A DNA stretch of 64,000 nt, from contig CAVUWD010000013.1 in the NCBI GenBank assembly GCA_963745025.1, positions 96,001 to 160,000 of the forward strand, given 5' to 3'. Below are positions 58,673 to 64,000 of the stretch, one piece after another (position 1 is the first letter of the stretch; every line of letters starts with the position of its first letter). The DNA comes from an uncultured delta proteobacterium. GTDB taxonomy: Bacteria; Desulfobacterota; Binatia; JACPRU01. The position numbers and the translations under genes were made by a program. A model generated the notes under the pieces. It had not been told where the DNA came from, made no database searches, and was given only the letters and a program-made list of their open reading frames with translations.

Positions 58673-59375
58673 GGTCGAAGACCCGTGCCGGTACGGCCGA
58701 TGCCGGGTGCCACTCGAGCGAGATCACGTCCTTGGTCCGGACCTTGAAGTCTTGCATGACGATTCGCTTCGGCCGCCACTTGGATTCGACCTGGATGAAA
58801 TCGTCGTTGCGCAGCATCTTCACGAGGTTCGTCATGGAGTCCTTGTAGAGCAGGGCTTGCAGCATCACGGATTTCTCGCGGTCGAACTTGTAGACCATCA
58901 GCCTGTACTGAGACGGCGGCGTTTTCGGCTCGCAGAGGACGGTGAACTGCTCCGCGTTGATGTCGACGATACGCATCGCCGCGCAGCGCGCTGCGGAGAA
59001 CGGCAGCCAGTCCTCGGTCGTGAAGCTCGTCGAATCGACGGCAGTCTCCGGTGTGGCCTGCCGACTCTTGCCGTCGGCTGAAATGTACAGCTCCGACGGT
59101 CCGAGAGCGAGGAGGTGGACCTTCGCCTTCTCGAGCTCGACGTAAACCTGCGCCGGGACCTTGGTGTCTGCGCCGGCACGCTCGACGAGGACGAGCCGAT
59201 CTTGCTTGTTACCCTCGAGGCTGTCGCTTTCGACGCTGCCGTCCGCGCGGAGCGGCGTAGACGGCCGGAGAGACTCGTTCACGCCTTGGAGCAGCGTCGC
59301 AAGCATGTCGGCAGACGCGGCTTCGCAATGGAAAACGACCGAGACCAGAAGAGCCGCCAGCGTTCGCGCGCGCAT
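58623..59375 (-). CDS. Exported protein, possible LolA-like lipoprotein-sorting fold
   Basis: Signal peptide; STSFTTEDW, beta-rich, C-terminal VPARVFDP. Confidence 0.55.
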   Translation of the reverse strand: MRARTLAALLVSVVFHCEAASADMLATLLQGVNESLRPSTPLRADGSVESDSLEGNKQDRLVLVERAGADTKVPAQVYVELEKAKVHLLALGPSELYISADGKSRQATPETAVDSTSFTTEDWLPFSAARCAAMRIVDINAEQFTVLCEPKTPPSQYRLMVYKFDREKSVMLQALLYKDSMTNLVKMLRNDDFIQVESKWRPKRIVMQDFKVRTKDVISLEWHPASAVPARVFDPKSFGAAFAASAPPKP

Positions 59376-59524
59376 CGCGGCATCATTCGGTGCCGGCTGC
59401 CGCGAAGTCAAGGCGCCTTTCGAGAGCCTCGGACGTGGCGTTTCTCTCCCTGGCGAGCGCCGAACATGACGTCGCGACCGGGCAGGTGTTGATCGTGGAT
59501 GGCGAGCTGGCGATGATGGGCGCA

Positions 59525-60355
59525 ATGATCCGCTGGTTCGCCGTTTTCGCGCTCTGCGTGATTTTTTCGGCGGCGGCGCACGCGGCGCAGACGGAGCTGC
59601 GCTTCGTGCGCGACGGCGAGGTCGTCAAGCGAACCGATCTCGAGTCGCTGAAGAAGGCGTGTCCGCTCGCCGCGGTGGTGATCGAGGATCCCTACTACAA
59701 GAAGACGAAGTCGTTCCTCGCCTTTCCGCTGAAGCAGGTGCTCTCGTTCGGTTTCGGCCAGCCGGCCGCGGAGCTCGTCGAGGAGGATCTCTTCTTCCAG
59801 GCGCTCGATGGCTACGTGAAGCCCGCCTCGGGCGAGCGCGCCCTCGAGGACGGCGGGTATCTCGCCTTCGCCGACGCGGACCACACCCGCGGCTCGGATC
59901 CCGGATGGGAGCCGATCGATCGGCGGGGCGCCGATCCGGGCCCCTACTACGTCGTCTGGGCGAAGCCCGGTCAAACCGATGCCAAAGGGTACCCTTGGCC
60001 CTTCGAGCTCGCCGCCATCGAGGTCGTGCACTTCGACAAGAAGTATCCCGACACCCTGCCGCGCAGCGCTCCCGCGGACTCGGCGGCGTGGAAAGGATTC
60101 GCGACCTTCCGCATGCAGTGCATCTCCTGTCATTCGGTCAACGGACAGGGCGGCAAGATCGGGCCTGATCTCAACGTGCCGCGGAGCATCGTCGAGTACC
60201 GGCCGATCGATCAGGTCAAAGCCTACATCCGCGATCCCGAGACGTTTCGCCATTCGAACATGCCCGCGCACCGCGATCTCACGGAGGCGGAGCTCGACGA
60301 CCTGATTGCCTACTTCTCGACCATGAAGACGCTGAAGCACGACCCGGGCAAGTGA
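59525..60355 (+). CDS. Exported monoheme cytochrome c with an N-terminal soluble domain
   Basis: Signal peptide; CISCH, GPDLN, MP axial Met; N-terminal ALDGY...GPYYVVW...WPF domain. Confidence 0.85.
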   Translation: MIRWFAVFALCVIFSAAAHAAQTELRFVRDGEVVKRTDLESLKKACPLAAVVIEDPYYKKTKSFLAFPLKQVLSFGFGQPAAELVEEDLFFQALDGYVKPASGERALEDGGYLAFADADHTRGSDPGWEPIDRRGADPGPYYVVWAKPGQTDAKGYPWPFELAAIEVVHFDKKYPDTLPRSAPADSAAWKGFATFRMQCISCHSVNGQGGKIGPDLNVPRSIVEYRPIDQVKAYIRDPETFRHSNMPAHRDLTEAELDDLIAYFSTMKTLKHDPGK

Positions 60356-60440
60356 CCCGCCTCGACGCCCGGCGCTTTGGCGTCAACGCGACGTTTCACT
60401 GCTAGTTGCCGGGGTTCGGTTTGTATGGGAGAGAGCCGAT

Positions 60441-61133
60441 GTGGCGCCCTCGCCCGGCGATCATCCCTTCACTCCCGATCTCTTCGCGCGCGCCGACGAG
60501 AGCGACGACGCGCTTTTCTACGCCATGGCGCGAAAAGTCGTTCACCTCGACGAGCCGGCGATCGCAGCGGTGAGCGGTTTCTTTGCCGAGAATCTACCGC
60601 CGGACGGCGAGCTGCTCGACGTGATGGCGAGCTGGCGCTCGCACTTGCCGAAGCGACTCCAAGCAAAGCGCGTCGTGGGTCTCGGCATGAACGCCGAAGA
60701 GATGTCGGACAACCCGGACCTCGACGAATTCGTCGTCCACGACCTCAACCGAGATCCCGAATTGCCCTTCCGGGAAGGTGAGTTCGATGGCGCGATGCTC
60801 ACCGTCTCGGTCCAGTACCTGACTCGACCGATCGACGTCTTTCGCTCGGTTGCGCACTGCCTACGGCCCGCCGCTCCGTTCATCGTGGTCGTCTCGCATC
60901 GTTGCTTCCCCATCAAGGCGGTGAAGATCTGGCACCAGTGCCAGACGATGCGCGAGCGAATGGAGCTCGGCATGGCCTATTTCAGCTTTGCCGGTGGCTT
61001 CAGCGATGTCCTCGGCGTCGATCTGAGGCCGTCGGTTCCTGCCGGCGAAGACCCGGTTCGCGCGATCATCGGTCATCGCCAGGGCTCTGCAAACCCGAGC
61101 AAGCGCGCAAGCGTCACCTGGCGGCGCCGATGA
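60441..61133 (+). CDS. Class I SAM-dependent methyltransferase
   Basis: DESDDALFY, LDVMASWRSHLP, GLGMNAEE, VSVQYLTRP, RCFPIKA. Confidence 0.85.
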   Translation: MAPSPGDHPFTPDLFARADESDDALFYAMARKVVHLDEPAIAAVSGFFAENLPPDGELLDVMASWRSHLPKRLQAKRVVGLGMNAEEMSDNPDLDEFVVHDLNRDPELPFREGEFDGAMLTVSVQYLTRPIDVFRSVAHCLRPAAPFIVVVSHRCFPIKAVKIWHQCQTMRERMELGMAYFSFAGGFSDVLGVDLRPSVPAGEDPVRAIIGHRQGSANPSKRASVTWRRR

Positions 61134-61423
61134 CGCCGGAGCCACGGTTTTGCCTATCGAAGATGCAACGTGTGCCGAGAAATGGATACATCCGTGAACC
61201 CGACGGTTTTCGAGGCCGGTCTCCTTACATAACCGGGAAATCCGTGCATGTCGTCGAAATGACAGAGCTATTTTTTTTGCGGAGTCCCGGGGTGAAGCCG
61301 CGTGTTAGAAGCACGTTAGTGAGGGAATGAACCTTGCAATTCAGCTCGAATATGAAGATGACGATCCCCGCGAGAAACCGAGGAATGGGTTTCGGGGGAG
61401 GTGCTGCAGAAGTGGGAGGCCGT

Positions 61424-61630
61424 ATGTTGAACGACCTGCGTGACATCTATTCCGATCCCGACACGATGTTCGTCATAAGCGTGATTTCCGACGCCATGCG
61501 GCGAGGGGTTCGTCACTTCAAGCTCGACGGCACGCCGCTCGGCCGGCTGAACGAGATCATCGATGCGTTGGCGGAGGACGGTGAAATCCTCATGGACGCC
61601 GACGGATCAAAGGACTGCCCACGACATTGA
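61424..61630 (+). CDS. Small acidic hypothetical protein (68 aa)
   Basis: GGGAGG precedes ATG 61424; protein-like composition; no family recognised. Confidence 0.5.
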   Translation: MLNDLRDIYSDPDTMFVISVISDAMRRGVRHFKLDGTPLGRLNEIIDALAEDGEILMDADGSKDCPRH

Positions 61631-61792
61631 GGGGCGAGCGGATCGATCGAGGCGGCGGAGCGCACTCCACGAAATAGACCGAGCTGCCGGGTCGCGAAAT
61701 CGTGCGGCGCCTTCTTCGCGGCTCTGCAAGATCGCGTGCCACGAGCCGTCACGACTTGACAATCCCGCCGCTTTGCGAATCAAGCTCGGCTC

Positions 61793-62458
61793 GTGCCGCT
61801 GCTCTCGCTCGATGTGATCCGCTCGACGTGGAACGCAATGGGTTCGTGGACCTCGGCCGAGGCGGATCGCGAGGCGAAGCGCTTCGTCGATCGCCAGCCG
61901 ATCGTCAACGCCGCCGTGCTCGCGCTCACCGAAGACGCGGGCGAGGACGTCGCGTCGATCGCGCTCTATTGCGCGTGCGCGATCGCGGAATGTTACGAAG
62001 CGGCGCGAGGCCGCGCGCTGCCGCGCGTCCGCGAGCGCATCATGGACGAGGCGCTCGAAGGCATGGAGCGCTGGGGGCGCGACCTCGAGAGGATGGAGGA
62101 GCAATTGTTCGCGCGCCGCGCGCTCTATGGCCGGGACCATGACCAGCCCTATCTCGTCGCCGAGCTCATTCGTTACCTCATCGATGCCACCGACGAGGGC
62201 GAGTTCGATGGCGAGGACCTGGGCATCATCTTCTCGGTCCTGCTCGCCGTCATCCGCGCGTTCGATCGCGTGTCCGGCGTGCCGCGCCGCGTGCCGTCGA
62301 TGGAGCAGGTGCTGAAAGAGCTGACGGGTCGGCCGCTGCCCTGCCTGTATCGCTTGAGCCCCTGCCCGTGCGGCAGCGGGCGCCGCTATCGCGAGTGTTG
62401 CCTGCGGAAGCGGGGCCCCGCCAGCGCACGGAATCGCCTTCCCGCCCGCCTGCAGTGA
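61793..62458 (+). CDS. Hypothetical protein with C-terminal SEC-C metal-binding motif
   Basis: PCPCGSGRRYRECC. Confidence 0.75.
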   Translation: MPLLSLDVIRSTWNAMGSWTSAEADREAKRFVDRQPIVNAAVLALTEDAGEDVASIALYCACAIAECYEAARGRALPRVRERIMDEALEGMERWGRDLERMEEQLFARRALYGRDHDQPYLVAELIRYLIDATDEGEFDGEDLGIIFSVLLAVIRAFDRVSGVPRRVPSMEQVLKELTGRPLPCLYRLSPCPCGSGRRYRECCLRKRGPASARNRLPARLQ

Positions 62459-63222
62459 AGTTCGCCACCTGGAACGTCAACTCGATCCGTGCCCGTCTCG
62501 ATCGCGTGCTCGAATGGCTCGACCGTGTCGCACCGGACGTCCTCTGCATGCAAGAGACCAAGGTGACGGACGAGCTCTTTCCGCGCGAGCCCTTCGAGCG
62601 ACGCGGCTACCGCGTGATGGCCTTCGGTCAGAAGACCTACAACGGAGTGGCGATCGCCTCGCGTCGGCCGCTCGAGAGCACGGAGCGAGGCTTCGCCAAG
62701 CATTGCGCCGACCCCAGCTGTCGGCTGGTCGCTGCGACCACCGCGGACGTGCGCGTGGTCAACGTCTACGTGCCGAACGGGCGGGCCGTGGATTCTCCCC
62801 ACTTTGCGGCGAAGCTCGAGTGGCTGCGGTCGCTGCGGCGGTATCTCGATGACGTCGCGCGATCGACCGAAGCGATCCTCGTGTGCGGCGACTTCAACGT
62901 CGCGCCCGAAGACCGTGACGTCTACGCGCCCGAGCTCTTCCGCAATCAGGTCCACTGCCACCCTGAAGAGCGCAAGGCATTGGTCGAGATCGCGGAGTTC
63001 GGTTTGGTGGACGTGTTCCGACGCCATCACGCCGAGTCCGGTCTCTACTCGTGGTGGGACTACCGCCTCGGCGCGTTTCATCGCAACTGGGGCTTGCGGA
63101 TCGACCACATCTGGGCGAGCGAGTCGCTCGCCGCGCGCTGCACGTCGGCGTCGATCGATCGCGAGGCGCGAAAGGGCAAGCAGCCTTCGGATCACGCGCC
63201 GGTCGTCGTCGAGATCGCGTGA
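62455..63222 (+). CDS. xth: Exodeoxyribonuclease III
   Basis: ATWNVNSIRAR, MQETK, YNGVAI, YVPNG, GDFNVAP, YSWWDYR, GLRIDH, PSDHAPV. Confidence 0.96.
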   Translation: MKFATWNVNSIRARLDRVLEWLDRVAPDVLCMQETKVTDELFPREPFERRGYRVMAFGQKTYNGVAIASRRPLESTERGFAKHCADPSCRLVAATTADVRVVNVYVPNGRAVDSPHFAAKLEWLRSLRRYLDDVARSTEAILVCGDFNVAPEDRDVYAPELFRNQVHCHPEERKALVEIAEFGLVDVFRRHHAESGLYSWWDYRLGAFHRNWGLRIDHIWASESLAARCTSASIDREARKGKQPSDHAPVVVEIA

Positions 63223-63236
63223 CGCTTTCGTCGGAG

Positions 63237-63307
63237 CGGTGGTGGGTCATTTTGGGATTTGGAAGGATCGCGAAGGGGGCGGAGATCGCCAAAATGATCC
63301 ACTGCCG
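63237..63307. repeat. Inverted repeat between xth and the HtrA gene
   Basis: CGGTGGTGGGTCATTTTGG / CCAAAATGATCCACTGCCG (16/19; mismatches are G-U compatible). Confidence 0.6.
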
Positions 63308-63320
63308 TCGGAGGACAACG

Positions 63321-64000
63321 ATGGTCAGTCGGCATGAATTTTATCTCTCCTTGGTCGCCGTCGGCCTGCTGGCCGGTTGGCTCGGAATGCGCTGGGAGCG
63401 ACAGCCGCCCGGCGGTATGTTCGTGCGCGCCGCAGAGGCGCAAATGCTCGCGTCGAAGCCGTTCAGCTTCGCCGCCGTGGCGCGGCGGGCGACCCCGTCG
63501 GTCGTCAACGTCTTCACCACGCATCACGTGCGGGTCCCTGCCTTCGGCTCGCCGCTCGGTGAGGGTGATCCCTTCGATCAGTTCTTCCGCCAGTTGCTTC
63601 CGGAGCTGCCCCGCGAGATGGAGCAGAAGAGCCTCGGCTCGGGTGTGATCGTCGATCGCGAAGGCTTGATCGTCACCAACCATCACGTGGTCGCCAACGC
63701 GGACGAGATCCAAGTGAAGCTGAGCGATACGCGGAGCTTCCCCGCGGAGCTGGTCGGCAGCGACGCACGCACCGACGTCGCCCTCGTGCGAATTCACGGC
63801 AACGGTCTGCCGCGGGCCGAGCTCGGCAATTCCGACGAACTCGGGGTCGGCGACTGGGTACTGGCGATCGGCAATCCATTCGGTCTCGAGGAGACCGTGA
63901 CGGCGGGAATCGTCAGCGCCAAGGAGCGCGTGATCGGCGCCGGGCCGTTCGACAACTTCATTCAGACCGATGCCTCGATCAACCCGGGCAACTCCGGCGG
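63321..64000 (+). CDS. HtrA/DegP-family serine protease (3' truncated by window)
   Basis: GGAGGA RBS; PSVVN, SLGSGVI, TNHHVV, DVAL, AIGNPFGL, IQTDASINPGNSG; absent from ORF track. Confidence 0.93.
   Translation, partial: MVSRHEFYLSLVAVGLLAGWLGMRWERQPPGGMFVRAAEAQMLASKPFSFAAVARRATPSVVNVFTTHHVRVPAFGSPLGEGDPFDQFFRQLLPELPREMEQKSLGSGVIVDREGLIVTNHHVVANADEIQVKLSDTRSFPAELVGSDARTDVALVRIHGNGLPRAELGNSDELGVGDWVLAIGNPFGLEETVTAGIVSAKERVIGAGPFDNFIQTDASINPGNSG

Overview
High-GC chromosomal window from a deltaproteobacterium-like organism (pilB-pilT-pilC-regulator-pilA order and recO-ppdK; taxonomy is inference). 1-3.4 kb: end of a sugar operon (flippase, acetyltransferase, DegT aminotransferase, GT4). 3.4-33.8 kb: a dense block of about 13 polytopic GT-C-type proteins (4 YfhO, 3 ArnT/PMT-like, GT87, O-antigen-ligase family, others) plus a WecA-type transferase, GT4, a flavin oxidoreductase and an MFS/spermidine-synthase fusion, directly downstream of a Cys-free, Ser/Thr-rich type IVa pilin. 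33.9-41 kb: type IV pilus locus in which the usual pilS+pilR pair is replaced by one 691-aa protein (PilS-like membrane domain and PAS fused to a sigma-54 AAA+/HTH activator, with no kinase or receiver domain), with a sigma-54 promoter in front of pilA. 41-64 kb: mostly housekeeping genes (aroE, ppdK, recO lacking a canonical start codon, grpE-dnaK-dnaJ, thiL, larB, ABC1 kinase, fifth YfhO, cytochrome c, xth, HtrA). Several REP/MITE-like palindromes occur, two of which appear to supply ribosome-binding sites. Several single-base frameshifts look like sequencing errors. No rRNA, tRNA, CRISPR array or transposase was recognised. All calls come from reading motifs by eye; no searches were run.
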